A stretch of 64,000 nt of DNA from positions 19,530,001 to 19,594,000 of the forward strand of contig OX597825.1 of the NCBI GenBank assembly GCA_951406725.2, written 5' to 3'. Below are positions 1 through 11,910 of this stretch, one piece after another. Below the pieces are notes generated by a model. The model ran no database searches and was not told the DNA's origin. It saw only the letters and a list, made by a program, of their open reading frames with translations. The DNA is from Octopus vulgaris (taxonomy: Eukaryota). Each line of letters begins with the position of its first letter. Position 1 is the first letter of the stretch. Position numbers and translations under genes: made by a program.

Positions 1-469
1 CCAAACACGAAAGCATGGCAGTTATTTATTCAATAAAATGCTAACCCAAATTTGACTTGAAACAATTTGAACTGACGTGGTGTTGCCAAATGTACACTGT
101 ATGTGACAACTATTTCTGAAAAGTAAAACAAAAGGTCGTGGCATTGAGCGAGAGATGTTTCATAGTCAGATTAGAATGGTTTGGTCTGCGGTGGTCTGGT
201 GTGGTCTGGTCTGGTCTGGCACGGTGTGGAGGTTTTTATAAAAGATAGAAATCAATATTTTTGGTTATGAATAACTTATATTATGCTAAGTAACACCGAG
301 TTGTGTCCTATGATCAGAAATTTGAATTACGTGTATATAAATACAAAATATAGCAGGATTAAATATAAGAGCTAAAGAGAAACGGTTGTAGATATAAATA
401 ATTATTAAGCTCCATATTTGGAATCATGCGTGCACATATATAAAGGTATAGGTACACACACACACGCAC

Positions 470-506
<37 letters not shown>

Positions 507-507
<1 letters not shown>

Positions 508-669
508 GCGTAGGAGTGGCTGTGTGGTAAGTAGCTTGCTTACGAACCACATGGTTTCGGGTTCAGTCCCACTGCGTGGCAACTTGGGCAAGTGTCTACT
601 ACTATAGCCTCGAGCCGACCAAAGCCTTGTGAGTGGATTTGGTAGATGGAAACTGAGAAGCCTGTCGTA

Positions 670-700
<31 letters not shown>

Positions 701-848
701 GTCTGTGTGTGTGTGTGTGTGTTTGTCCTCCCAACATCACTTGCGTGTGTGTTTATTTCCCTGTAACTTAGCGGTTCGGCAAAAGAGACCGATAGAATAA
801 GTACTGGGCTTACAAAGAATAAGTCCCACTGAAACAAGCAAAAGAGAG
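507..848 (+). mobile_element. tRNA-derived SINE family A, internally deleted 3' part
   Basis: A box TGGCTGTGTGG, B box GGTTCAGTCCC, TTGGGCAAGT core, internal (TA)/(TG) tract, GAAACAAG-AAAAGAG tail; matches 8330-8733. Confidence 0.85.
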
Positions 849-864
849 ATATATTGTTGTGTTG

Positions 865-930
865 TTCCTTCTCAAGCTATGCGTGGCTCATAGGGCCGAT
901 TTTCCGGTTTCTTTGGCGTATAGGTTCCAC
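865..930 (-). mobile_element. Isolated 3' tail of SINE family C (same tail type as the 14083 copy)
   Basis: GGCTCATA..GCCG.TTTCC.GGTTT.TTGGCGTATAGGTTCC matches 14086-14132. Confidence 0.55.
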
Positions 931-939
931 AATCAGCAA

Positions 940-1190
940 CAAACATCAACACCGTTGAATTCGCCACTTTTCTCTCCACCACCAAAACCACTGCCTTTCA
1001 CATCCCTTACTTATCACGGTCATACTTGACCGCCTAAGCTACCGCCACTACCACCACTACCATCATCACCGTCGCCTCCGCCTCTATCACAACTACAGCT
1101 CATACTATTATTATCACCCCATTACCATCTCAACTGTCAATCTACTACCGCCGTCACCGTCTCAATGCCTACTATTACTCTCACCCCAGC
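940..1190. repeat. Degenerate (ACC/ATC/ACT)n low-complexity tract
   Basis: Imperfect trinucleotide periodicity. Confidence 0.6.
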
Positions 1191-1275
1191 AAGAGGAGTA
1201 GAAGAAGTGTTATTGAATATTGAGAGTGGGGGTCAAATCGTGACACACTGACACACAGAAATTCGTTTCCGCATT

Positions 1276-1338
<63 letters not shown>

Positions 1339-1374
1339 GAGTGAGAGAGAGGAATATATATGTGTGTGTGTATG

Positions 1375-1430
<56 letters not shown>

Positions 1431-2129
1431 GATAAGTATTCTATATTGTGTTTGCATAAATATTGGAGGAATTTCGAAATGATACGATCACGTAGTCTAT
1501 AATATCCTCATGGGAACGCGCATAAGTTTTGATAATTTGATAATATGGTCTTAAATTGAGTGGATCAATGTCTCACAGAATTTTAACCTGACCTATTCAT
1601 TCGAAACAAATAACAGTAAGGTGACATAAATACACAGATGGGAATGAAACTAAACTTGTTTCAAAGAAAATATATCCCACTGGCAAAACTCATTTCGAAA
1701 TTTCAGTCGCCATTAAATGTAAAATTAACATTCAGACGCCATTTTGACATTTCACCAGCTACGAGGGAAATTTCACTTAATTAAGTATTGTTTGTGAACA
1801 TCTTCCCGTTGTTTCCCTCTTTCGCCTTTACACTTATTTATCTTAATGAAATAAATTCTTAATTTCCTGTAATTATCCCCCCCCTTTTCTTGCAGAGTTC
1901 CTGACAATGGAGGCCAGATTGTTTTCTAATTTCTCAGCGAAAAGGCAAAGTTCAATTAATTAACATTTTTTTTTCCAACACATTTCTTGAGACTATCACT
2001 CGGTGACGGTTTTTTCTTTTGGTAGGGGAGGGCGGGTTTCAATTTTCATACTGTTTACCATGATTTAATTCTTCCTTTAGCTAAATCCATTCTTTTAGTA
2101 TCATATATATATATATATACATAATAACA

Positions 2130-2232
2130 ATTTAACAAATAAAACATATGCATACATACATACATATATGTACGTACCTACATCTATATGTATATGAACA
2201 TGCATATATATATATATATGAGTACAGGATCC
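2130..2232 (-). mobile_element. Fragment of repeat shared with 39480-39765 and 62010-62270
   Basis: ACATATATGTACGTACCTAC..TATA..GTACAGGA shared text. Confidence 0.55.
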
Positions 2233-2323
2233 TCCAAGTAAGTTTTTATGTATATATATATATATACATATATAGATATATATATATGTGTGTGTGTGTG
2301 TATGTGCGCGTGTGTGTGTGTGT

Positions 2324-2720
2324 ACTTGTTTCATTAATTGGACTGCGGCCATGTTGGGGCACCGCTCTGAGCGGTTTACTCGAAAAAAACTTACCCTATT
2401 AATTTTCAGCCTGCTACTTAATTCTGTCGTTCTCTTCTACTGTACCACTGGGTTACGAGGGCGTACAAAAAACCAGCACCGGTTGTCAGGCTATATAAGG
2501 ACAAGCAGAATGACAAAACCGAAGGTACACACGCCCGCACACAAAAACACATACCTACAGACAAACAACCGCTATATATATTTTCTCTTTTTTTTTCTTT
2601 TTTCAGTTATTTGGCTGCGGCCATGCTGTAGCACCGCGTTTAGTCGAACAAATCGACCCCAGGACTTATTCTTTTTAAGCCTAGTGCTTATTCTATCGAT
2701 CTCTTTTGCCCAACCGAGCT
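2324..2720 (-). mobile_element. Two degenerate 3' halves of SINE A (about 2324-2490 and 2599-2720)
   Basis: Reverse-complement matches to the family A 3' region. Confidence 0.7.
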
Positions 2721-3104
2721 ATGCCTTGGATGTATGAGAAACCTATTTTTTCAGAGTGAATTACTCGTAGAATGGAAGTGTACCCACTCAAAATTGTGTT
2801 GTCTTCGATAATATATCTCCTGATGTTGTGTCCCTTTACAGGGGCTAGTTTTAGCATGGATTTTGACTAAATAATTTGCTTTCCTGTTGTTGCATTAATT
2901 ATCTCTTATATAAAATCTGTTCTATCTGTCTGTCTGTCTCTGTGTGTGTCTTCTCTGATCTCAGCAACTAGGAAGATGTGATTTTATACTACTGACGCTA
3001 TACATTTCACGTTTGACAACATTAATGACTGGTCTTTGTGTTATCTTCATAAATTATGGATAATTCTATATTTAGTTTTATGTATATTTATGTTTAACGA
3101 ACAC

Positions 3105-3631
3105 CGATGGACGGTGCTGAGTTATCAAACATTTAAACCAAATTTTCTCAAAGCAACTTGTCCAACTGTCCCATAGGCCTCCCCTTTGAGAAACACTGAT
3201 TTAACCTAAATTTGAGACACCAGCAAAAGAAGAAATAAAGATAGACTTTTTTCTATTCCAAAGAAAAACGATTTTATTCACACAAATATGCAACCAAAGA
3301 GTTTAAAGTACCAGTAATGATAAGGCTGTTGACTGGGAGAACACAAACATGGTTTAAACAGTAAGCTTGGCAGGAAAGAAACGTGCCTTTAAGCAGTACA
3401 AAAACAACAAAAAAATGGAAGGTATACAAGTTGACGGAAGAAAAGCAGGACAAAAACAGCTTTATCGATCGCATTCTCACCTGGAATCGATTTTTGTAAT
3501 TTTTTCAAGACTTATACACCCCCTGATACCGTCAGTATCTACGTATCAAATTCGAGCGCAATCGGATGGAGGATGCCCGAGATCCTAGAAGTCACACACA
3601 GGCAGACATAATGGATTTTATATAATAGATA
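3105..3631 (+). mobile_element. Interspersed repeat with HINE/DINE (Helentron-associated)-like end
   Basis: Internally deleted second copy at 37040-37330; ends CACACAGGCAGACAT..TTTTATATAATAGAT; a similar end is inverted at about 2900-2960. Confidence 0.5.
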
Positions 3632-3684
3632 TACGATGGACTTACTTTAGATTTAGAATTTATGATTATCTAGGTACCTATTCT

Positions 3685-4085
3685 TCGTCAGTCACAATGA
3701 TTATATCGTATGTAGCATTTAAGTACCGCCAACGATTTGCAAACAAGTCCACAAATGCTGCAAGTATGAGGAGTACAGATGAGTGCAGATGGTATATTTG
3801 CAGTAGCTTTTCTCCTTTGCTTTGCACCCCTAAGCTCCTTACTGCTGGTTGCCACTATCTTTCTCATATCATTTTGACACAACGAACTCCGTTTTATTCG
3901 CTCCAAGGCTGTTTGCTCAAAGGTATTCCGAGCTATCTTTACAGCTGAGGAGCTATTTTCCAGCTTGTCCTTATATCTGATCCAGGGTCGACCAACATTC
4001 TTGTGCCCACTATCAAGCTGGCATGAGGACTTTGGGTATTATTTCGTCATTCATTCTGACAACATTGTCAGCCTAGCGCAATTGT
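3685..4085 (-). mobile_element. RTE-clade LINE 3' remnant
   Basis: Minus translation LR*ADNVVRMNDEIIPKVL, frameshift, GHKNVGRPWIRYKDKL, then C-terminal CSICGLVCKS..H zinc-finger-like motif. Confidence 0.75.
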
Positions 4086-4139
4086 GACGTACTCGATTCC
4101 ACCAAGCTTACGTGCGTGCGTACGTACATACATACATAC

Positions 4140-4620
4140 ATGGTGGCTGCCCCCCTCATTATCGAGTATGGCCATTGCACGAAGCTTAATCAATGTTGTT
4201 ATCGTGCAATGCCTGTGCAAGATTTTTTTTAAAGTGAGGAAAGGCTGTGCACTGAGTCAATCCCACTCACTAAACAACAGCAGCCATAATCCGAAAAGAA
4301 GAACAAGTCAACATCATCGGTAACCACTGAGCCGCAGGTTTTATGTCGGAGTTATCCCAGTTACCTGAATTACCTTCTCCTAGAAGGATGCCCTAACAAA
4401 GGCTAGGAGTCCTTCACTCCCAATGACTTAACCGCGCGATCGGGTATTCAGTCCGATTATTTCTATGTCTTCGCGCATGATACAACTTTAAGACATTTAT
4501 TGGATGGCCGTTGAATCTCAAGAGTTCCTCCGCCTTTTAACGGGTTTTGTTTTTCATCTCCTCACCAAGCAAGCTTGTTAGGGTTGCCGGTTTAGTCGCC
4601 GAGAGGTTGCAGGAGGAAAG
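4140..4620 (-). mobile_element. Probable RTE-related UTR or non-autonomous fragment
   Basis: GC-richer block next to the RTE remnant with CCTTCTCCTAGA..GCC.TAACAAAGGCTA resembling RTE 5' UTR text; recognition only. Confidence 0.3.
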
Positions 4621-4765
4621 GAATATTATAGAAAAAGAAAAGTGGAAATTAAACCCGTGAATGTGTTAATTAATATGGCATTAAAGCAGAATGACACGCC
4701 TCAGAAAGGACAAAATATGCTTTAACACAGGAATTTACATAAAGAATCTTGCAAACCAAATACAT

Positions 4766-5135
4766 TTACTTGTTTCAGTCATTTCATACTGGAGCACTGC
4801 CTGTATTCGAACTAATCAACTCGTGGACATATTCTTTGTAGGCCTAGTATTTATTCTATTTACCTATTTCGCCGAACCACTAAGTTACGAGGACGTAAAC
4901 ACTCCAACATCGGTTGTCAAGCGATGTGGTGGTGAGGGGACAAGCACAGGCACACACAAATATATAGATATAAATATATACATACGACGGACTTCTTTAA
5001 GTTTCTGCCTGCCAAATCAACTCATAATGCTTTTGTCGGCCCGTGGTTATAGTAGAAGACACTTGCCCAAGTTGCCACACAGTGGAACTGAACCCGGAAC
5101 CATGTCGTTGGGAAACAAGCTTCTTTCCACACTAG
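4766..5135 (-). mobile_element. SINE A, diverged
   Basis: Reverse complement of family A along most of its length. Confidence 0.8.
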
Positions 5136-6151
5136 CTTCTGACTAAATGGACTTTCGATCAAATACATAAAACCCAATGATGAACCGGCCCTTTTTTGTT
5201 AGGCAGTGTATGCATCCCACTACGTTATGTAATACGACGCTTCAACGCTGATGTATCTTGACAAAGTCATTGCTCTTAAATCTAGTATACTAAATCAAAA
5301 ACGTATAGACGGCCTCTTTGATTAGACAATCTGCTGATGTTTCTAGTCCTTGTACGTACGTTGCCTAAATAATTGTGCTGTGTAACTGAAACCACTCCTA
5401 CAAGACGATTAACCGAGATAAACAAATGTTTATATCCTGAAGCCAATTCGCTAAGATTCCCCGCTGGTAAATAACTCATTAGCAAATGATCAGCTACTTT
5501 CCTGTTAGTCTATAGAAATCATTACTTGTCAAATGATTCTTTAAAAGTCAGCGACAGTTCATTGACATATATGAGCGAGTGAATGTATATATTTATTTTC
5601 ATGTATGTATGTATGTATGTTTGAGGTGATTCAGGCAGCTGGTCCACTCTACTCATTTCGTGAACCGCTCTTTGAGGAGTTTCGAAGTAGAGCAGAAGTG
5701 CTTATTCACTGAAATACAGAACGTAAACTAGATCACTGCCGAACAGCTTGAGCCATACAAACTCACACATATATTGCCACGAGTTCATGTCTTTGTTTAT
5801 ACAAATATAAATATATTGAAATATAAATATTCCGCATTTTAGTGTAATTTTCATGGAACTGAAAGCGAAGTTATTAATAGCGGATGAGTAAACAATAAAT
5901 TTCACATTACAATTTTCTTTTCTTTTTCCATTTCTTTAATGATGTTGTAAGTGGGAGCATTAAACACTTTAAAACAACATGATGCTACTGCATCGAGGAG
6001 TGGTCTGCATGTAATTTGTTTGTTATTATTTTTCAAAGTGTAATGCCATCTGCTCAGAATTAAAGTGTGTCTATCGAAGAACAAAAGCCAAACCACAAGG
6101 GAACCACTAAATCCCAAGGAACAATATCTCAAAACACAAAGAACAACATGA

Positions 6152-6380
6152 TACTCTACTCTCTACTCTTTACTCTTTTACTTGTTTCAGTCATGTGACT
6201 GTGGCCATGCTGGAGCAACGCCATTAGTCGAACAAATCGACCCCCAGGACTTATTCTTTGTAAGCCTAGTATTTATTCTATCGGACCCTTTTGCCGAACC
6301 GCTAATTTACGGGGACGTAAACACACCAGCATCGGTTGTCAAGCGATGTTAGGAGGACAAACACAGACACAAACATATAT

Positions 6381-6435
<55 letters not shown>

Positions 6436-6605
6436 CGCATATATACGAGGGACTTCTTTCAGTTTCCGTCTACCAAATCCACTCACAAGGCTTTGGTTGG
6501 CCCGAGGCTATAGTAGACACTTACCCAAGGTACCACGCAGTGGGACTGAACCTGGAACCATGTGGTTCGTAAGCAAGTTACTTACCACACAGCCATTCCT
6601 ACGCC
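6152..6605 (-). mobile_element. SINE A, full length
   Basis: Head, internal microsatellite and (AGAGTA)n-type tail present. Confidence 0.9.
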
Positions 6606-6805
6606 TATACTAACTCCTAGAATAGTAACTTTTCGAACATCTCTTTGAATAAATTTTATTTGTCGATGTTTTGTCTCTGGATTACAAAGAAGAGTTACAA
6701 CGTGTTTCACAGTTTATATCTGATGAATACTATTCATTAACCATGCTCGTGCGTGTCTCTCGCCGCCCTCCAGAACAATGCCTTTTACATTTTGTTCCCC
6801 TAGAC

Positions 6806-6875
6806 TAGTGCTCCGCAACCTCTTTTCACTTGCGGCACACTTATATTCTTTTCAAAATTCAGCGGCACAACTGAA
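6806..6875 (+). mobile_element. hAT-like DNA transposon end
   Basis: TAGTGCTCCGCAACCT..GCGGCACAC resembles hAT/Charlie termini; no partner end found. Confidence 0.3.
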
Positions 6876-7684
6876 TTAAAAATATAACTAGAAGTATAAA
6901 GAAAAAAATTAGGATCTTTACCTTTTACTCTGCGACATGGCAGTAAACATTGACATTTTTTTTACACAGCCTCAACCCGATATATTTTAAGTTTGTGTAT
7001 TACCGAATCATTCAGCGCCCTGTAACAGAACTGGTATATCGCATACTTTGAACTTATAATAGTGAGACATTTATCTAAACCCTGGACTGTTCTAGTTATT
7101 GCTTGGTATATCGTAGTCTTGAATATTAATATCCCATTAGTGTTGCAGAGTGTTTAATGTTTAAAGATATTACCGAAGGTCTGTATCATGTGTTTAAACC
7201 ATTACTCAATGGTAGTGAATTGAAAAGAAATATAATTTAATGATAGCAAAAGGAAAAAAAAATAATGATGACAACAACAAAAATATTTACCAAAAGCGTA
7301 TGTTGTATGAATATACGCCTATAGTAATATTTTATAGTATTGAACATCTAATAAAAAAAGATGGGAATATGGAAAAAAAATTGATTAGTATTTGAGTCAA
7401 TGAATGTATATTTACCAATACGCACTTCGATATTGTCAAGAGATTTGATGCATTCAGTTAGTGGATACACAGCTAAAATCGTTTTATTGAAACCTTCAGA
7501 ACGCAGTCAAAAATATTTTATTCGTCTATCATTATATTCACGAAACATAAAAAAATATTATGCTGATTTATTGAAACAGTATCTGTTAAGTTACATGGCG
7601 ATGGATATGTTTTTATAATTTTTTTTTATCATATTGAACATTAATACGTATGATATTTAAGTATGTACATGTATGTATGTATGT

Positions 7685-7756
<72 letters not shown>

Positions 7757-7789
7757 GCAGATAGATAGATAAATAGATAGATAGATAGG

Positions 7790-7845
<56 letters not shown>

Positions 7846-7846
7846 C
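7685..7846. repeat. (GATA)n microsatellite
   Basis: About 40 near-perfect units. Confidence 0.95.
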
Positions 7847-8041
7847 AGGCATATGTATGTGTATGCGTGTGTGTGTGTATTTTAGTTCATAAGATTTCAG
7901 AAACTTCTAGTCACGTGGAATAATTCGCTTTTAACTGTGTAGCTCGAAGTAGTTATGGCTACAATTACAAGCATCTGACTAATAAAAACGATATTGTGTT
8001 AAAAATCCATTGAATAGAAAATGTCAAAGATCGAAATAGCG

Positions 8042-8180
8042 AAGGTACGTAATCTAGTTGGTAGCATTTATATCTCGTGATCTGAAGATCGTGAGTTCAA
8101 TTGTTGGAACGATGGCGTGATATGTCCTTGAGCAAGACACTTCATTCCATGTCAGACCAATCTACCCAGCTACAAATGAG
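8042..8180 (+). mobile_element. Old tRNA-derived SINE (family F)
   Basis: Degenerate A/B boxes (GAGTTCAATT), then GTCCTTGAGCAAGACACTT..CTACCCAGCT.CAAATGAGTA, a central-domain motif typical of metazoan SINEs. Confidence 0.55.
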
Positions 8181-8329
8181 TATTATCCAAGTACTCATTG
8201 TAATGTGCTCGAGAGTCAAGTTTTGAGAGGTCGGAAAGAATTCACGAAAGGAAGCTGGATATAAATGAGTCACACTCGATCGCGAGTGACGGCTGATTGC
8301 ACGAAATATATAACAAATATGTTTATATA

Positions 8330-8733
8330 GGCGCAGGAGTAGCTGTGTGGTAAGTAGCTTGCTAACCAACCACATGGTTCCGGGTTCAGTCCCACTGCGT
8401 GGCATCTTGGGCAAGTGACTTCTGCTATAGCCCCAGGCCGACCAATGCCTTGTGAGTGGATTTGGTAGACGGAAACTGAAAGAAGCCTGTCGTATATACA
8501 TATATATATATATATGTGTGTATGTGTGTGTGTTTGTCCCCCTAGCATTGCTTAACAACCGATGCTGGTGTGTTTACGTCCCCGTCACTTACTGGTTCGG
8601 CAAAAGAGACCGATAGAATAAGTACTGGGCTTACAAAGAATAAGTCCCGGGGTCGATTTGCTCGACTAAAGGCGGTGCTCCAGCATGACCGCAGTCAAAT
8701 GACTGAAACAAGTAAAAGAGTAAAGAGTAAAGA
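8330..8733 (+). mobile_element. SINE A, full length reference copy
   Basis: A/B boxes, internal (TA)/(TG), 3' hairpin CAGTCA-AA-TGACTG, (AAAGAGT)n tail. Confidence 0.92.
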
Positions 8734-9002
8734 ATATAATCTTTAAGAAACTAACTTTATATGACTTGTAAGAAAAAAATATGTTTTAAAGCAATGAGGT
8801 ACTTCTGGTTATTATTGGTATCACAAGGCGCGTCTTACCTGTTTTTATTTCCTCATAGTTCTTAATTGGTCGCAAGCTGTTTTCTTTCTCTGTAAAACAG
8901 AGAAGGTATTCTCGGTCATGCTGGTAATAGACTGGTGAACTGGTGCTTAGTTTTTCGACCCGAAAGAATGAAAGGAAACGTCGATCCTGCGACATTGGAA
9001 CT

Positions 9003-9280
9003 TGGCATAGTGATTAATGGCGCGGGCTACTAACCCCAAGATTCCAAGTTCGATTCCAAGCAGTGACCATAATAATAATAATAATAATAACAATAACAGC
9101 ATCGAAAAATACCTTAGGAATGAGAACCCAGTTCTAAATTTCCCCAAGACACCTGATGAAAGCTGGAGGGTATATCAGCTGAAAAGTTGTGTTAACAACA
9201 AAGATGTGGACACATATCCGTCAGGTGTAAATAATGTAAATAATGCACATAATTCCTCATCTCTTAAATATAGAACTGTA
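9003..9280 (+). mobile_element. SINE D: tRNA-like head, (AAT)n spacer, hammerhead-containing tail
   Basis: A box TGGCATAGTG, anticodon-like GGG-CTACTAA-CCC, B box AGTTCGATTCC; tail repeated at 31023-31190 and 31376-31530. Confidence 0.85.
9148..9193 (+). ncRNA. Minimal type I hammerhead ribozyme motif
   Basis: GACAC-CTGATGA-A-AGCTG(10 nt)CAGCT-GAAAA-GTT-GTGTT; stems I and II pair; GAAAC is mutated to GAAAA in this copy. Confidence 0.65.
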
Positions 9281-9389
9281 TCAGAACGTATAGAGTGACG
9301 ATATACTGCTAAGCATTTTGCCCGACGCGGTTACGATTCTGCCAGCCCGCCGCCTTAAATACTATTATTATTATTATTATTATTATTAT

Positions 9390-9915
9390 TGAGTGAGAGA
9401 GCAGTGCATGCCATCAAAGTGACACTGGGGTAAAATATACGAAGCCCAATATACCCATCATGACTACCCGTCTGATAAAGGTACACCAGACACATGCATC
9501 ACAACCATATGTGCGCGACATGGTGATCTCATATCAAGATAAACAGCACATGACCTTGCAGGTGGGGCCCAGTTAGAATTTTCTTCAGGTTGAGTAGCCC
9601 ATCTCGCTCAAAAGGTCCCTGAATAAGGGTTGTTTAAGGATGTTGAAAGAACCACCCATGTTTCCAGAGGTGAATTATTCAAACCCCAAAGAATCCCTCT
9701 CAACACATGGCTATGATGCTCCCCCACTACTTCTGCTCGTGATCAGAGATGCACATATCGTCAGCCACTAAGGGACATGCTCAACTGGTTAAGGTCAAAC
9801 AACTGACAAGCAAATCTGTGGTATTGAGCAGAATATTTGCTGTAGCCCAACTTTTATACCAAGACAAAACAATGTACATGATAACACTTCCAATCAGTTA
9901 AGATCAGAAGCCATG

Positions 9916-9918
<3 letters not shown>
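9390..9918 (-). mobile_element. Unclassified repeat-like block (probable LINE 3' end) within (ATT)n
   Basis: About 530 bp GC-richer block with (ATT)n on both sides; strand inferred. Confidence 0.45.
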
Positions 9919-9987
<69 letters not shown>

Positions 9988-9990
9988 TCA

Positions 9991-10213
9991 TCATTGCCCA
10001 CAAGGGGCTAAACACAGAGGGGACAAACAAGGACAGACAAACTGGTTAAGTCGATTACATCGACCCAGTGCGTAACTTGTACTTAATTTATCGACCCCGA
10101 GAGGAATAAAGGCAAAGTCGACCTCGGCGGAATTTGAAGTCAGAACGTAACGGCAGACAAATACGGCTACACATTTCGTCCAGCGTGCTAACTTTTCTGC
10201 CAGCTCACGGCCT
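9991..10213 (-). mobile_element. SINE B, full length
   Basis: Reverse complement of 30676-30909. Confidence 0.88.
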
Positions 10214-11504
10214 GATGATAATAGCAATAATAATAATAACAATAATAATAATAATAATCATAGCAAATAAACAAGCAACGTTATGATTAAGTGAACTTGT
10301 GTAATAGCATTCTATATTAACTATTAATTTCTTACTCGATCAGGCAACTATTGAATGGTTGCTAAACATTACCATTTTATTGGTATCAACTAGCTTTAGT
10401 TGTTTCCAAAGTTCTATATTTATGTTTTAATAAATGTTTTTGAATGGAAATGTGTTGCTATTATATAGACTATATAAGTATATAATCAACTATGTTTTGT
10501 GCTGTTATTCTCCCATATTTTTTCTTTCTTTGATTTCATAATTTTTTTAATTCTATGATTCAAGAATATATTCTGCAAACTTACAATAAATAGACGATAT
10601 AAAAATGTTTAATTGATAATTTTGTTTTAGTATTTCGTTTGCAAGATTTTTGATGTGAAATCGTGTGTTGAATTGCATTTTCTCTTTTTGTAGTTTTAGA
10701 GGGTCAATATATAAAAAAAAAACACACGTGAGGGTTATATTTCACTTGTTTTATTATTATTAATCACTCAGTTTGCTAGTCAATGAAATAACTAATCGAT
10801 TGTTTGGTTAATTCTTTGGCCAATCACTCAATCAGCTCGGTATGTCCTCTTTTATACTGATCTTTTCTAGGTCTGTCTGTCCTCAAGGCTCTACATTTTA
10901 TATCAAAATTAATGGAGGGCTGAGTGAGAATGACTGGGAAAGAATGTCTGTTTGTGCATGCGCGCGGGTAGTGCGGGATAATGAAATATCAAAAAGTGGC
11001 ACCTTTTTCATAAGTGCATATGTTTATGCTAACATTTTGTAAAGCAGCGTATAATATCAGAGGAATCTATAACTGTTTAAGAAGGAATGTTTAAGCACCA
11101 TCATTTCCCTTACATCACATTTCTCCTTTCGTTTCTTATATGACATTTTGCATAGTCAGCAGAACCACTGTACATTCTCTGTTGCAGGAAACATGTAAAC
11201 TCCTACATGACAATAATCGAAGCTGCTTTTCCATTCTTAATATTTTACTGTCCTTACGTCACTAGTTATTGATTTTGATTATCAAGAATGTTAGAATATA
11301 AGGAATATGGTAAAAATAATCATATTTCAATATTTACTGTTATCAATACGTGCTAGAAGAACTATATATGTGACTCACTCTTCACAGCTAATAATCCAAC
11401 ACACACTTTGATACTTTCGAATGACGCTGAAACTTTACTCCCCAGTCATTCATATCAACTAGCAATCAAGTCTAAAGATTATGAAAGTTTGTTATGATAT
11501 ACAT

Positions 11505-11910
11505 GTGGCTGTGTGGTAAGTAGCTTGTTTACAAACCACATGGTTCCGGGTTCAGTCCAACTGCGTGGCACCTTGGGCAAGTGTCTTCTACTATAGCCTC
11601 GGGCCGACCAAAGCCTTGTGAGTGGATGTGGTAGACGGAAACTGAAAGAATCCCTTCGTATATACGTATATATATATATATGTGTATGTGTGTGTATATG
11701 TTTGTATGTCTGTGTTTGTTACCCCAACATCGCTGGACAACCGATGGTGGTGTGTTTGCGTCCCGTAACATAGTGGTTCGGCAAAAGGGACCGATAGAAT
11801 AAGTACTAGGCTTACAAAGAATAAGTCCTGGGGTCGATTTGCTCAACTAAAGGCGGTTCTTCAGCATGTCCGCAGTGAAATGACTGAAACAAGTAAATGA
11901 GTAAAAGAGT
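11505..11910 (+). mobile_element. SINE A
   Basis: Near full-length match to 8330-8733. Confidence 0.9.

Larger units (their letters stand above)
8943..9356 (-). mobile_element. SINE B split by insertion of SINE D
   Basis: 8943-9001 and 9281-9356 are contiguous in intact B copies (GAAC|TCAGAAC). Confidence 0.75.

Noticed and set aside
182-229. (TGGTC)n pentamer run
   Set aside because: Short imperfect microsatellite, not a telomeric array.
1897-1963. Acceptor-like TTTTCTTGCAG followed by a short ATG frame
   Set aside because: No canonical donor; frame closes after 18 codons.
6719-6740. Isolated CTGATGA boxes (also 10212, 60868, minus 53933)
   Set aside because: No downstream stem II plus GAAA, so not hammerheads.
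8142-8558. Recurrent ORFs such as LLSVSVYQIHSQG..TCPRCHAVGLNPEPCG
   Set aside because: Antisense translations of SINE A, not a gene family.
9003-9069. Possible tRNA gene with ACT anticodon
   Set aside because: Acceptor stem incomplete and fused to a repeated tail; it is a SINE head.
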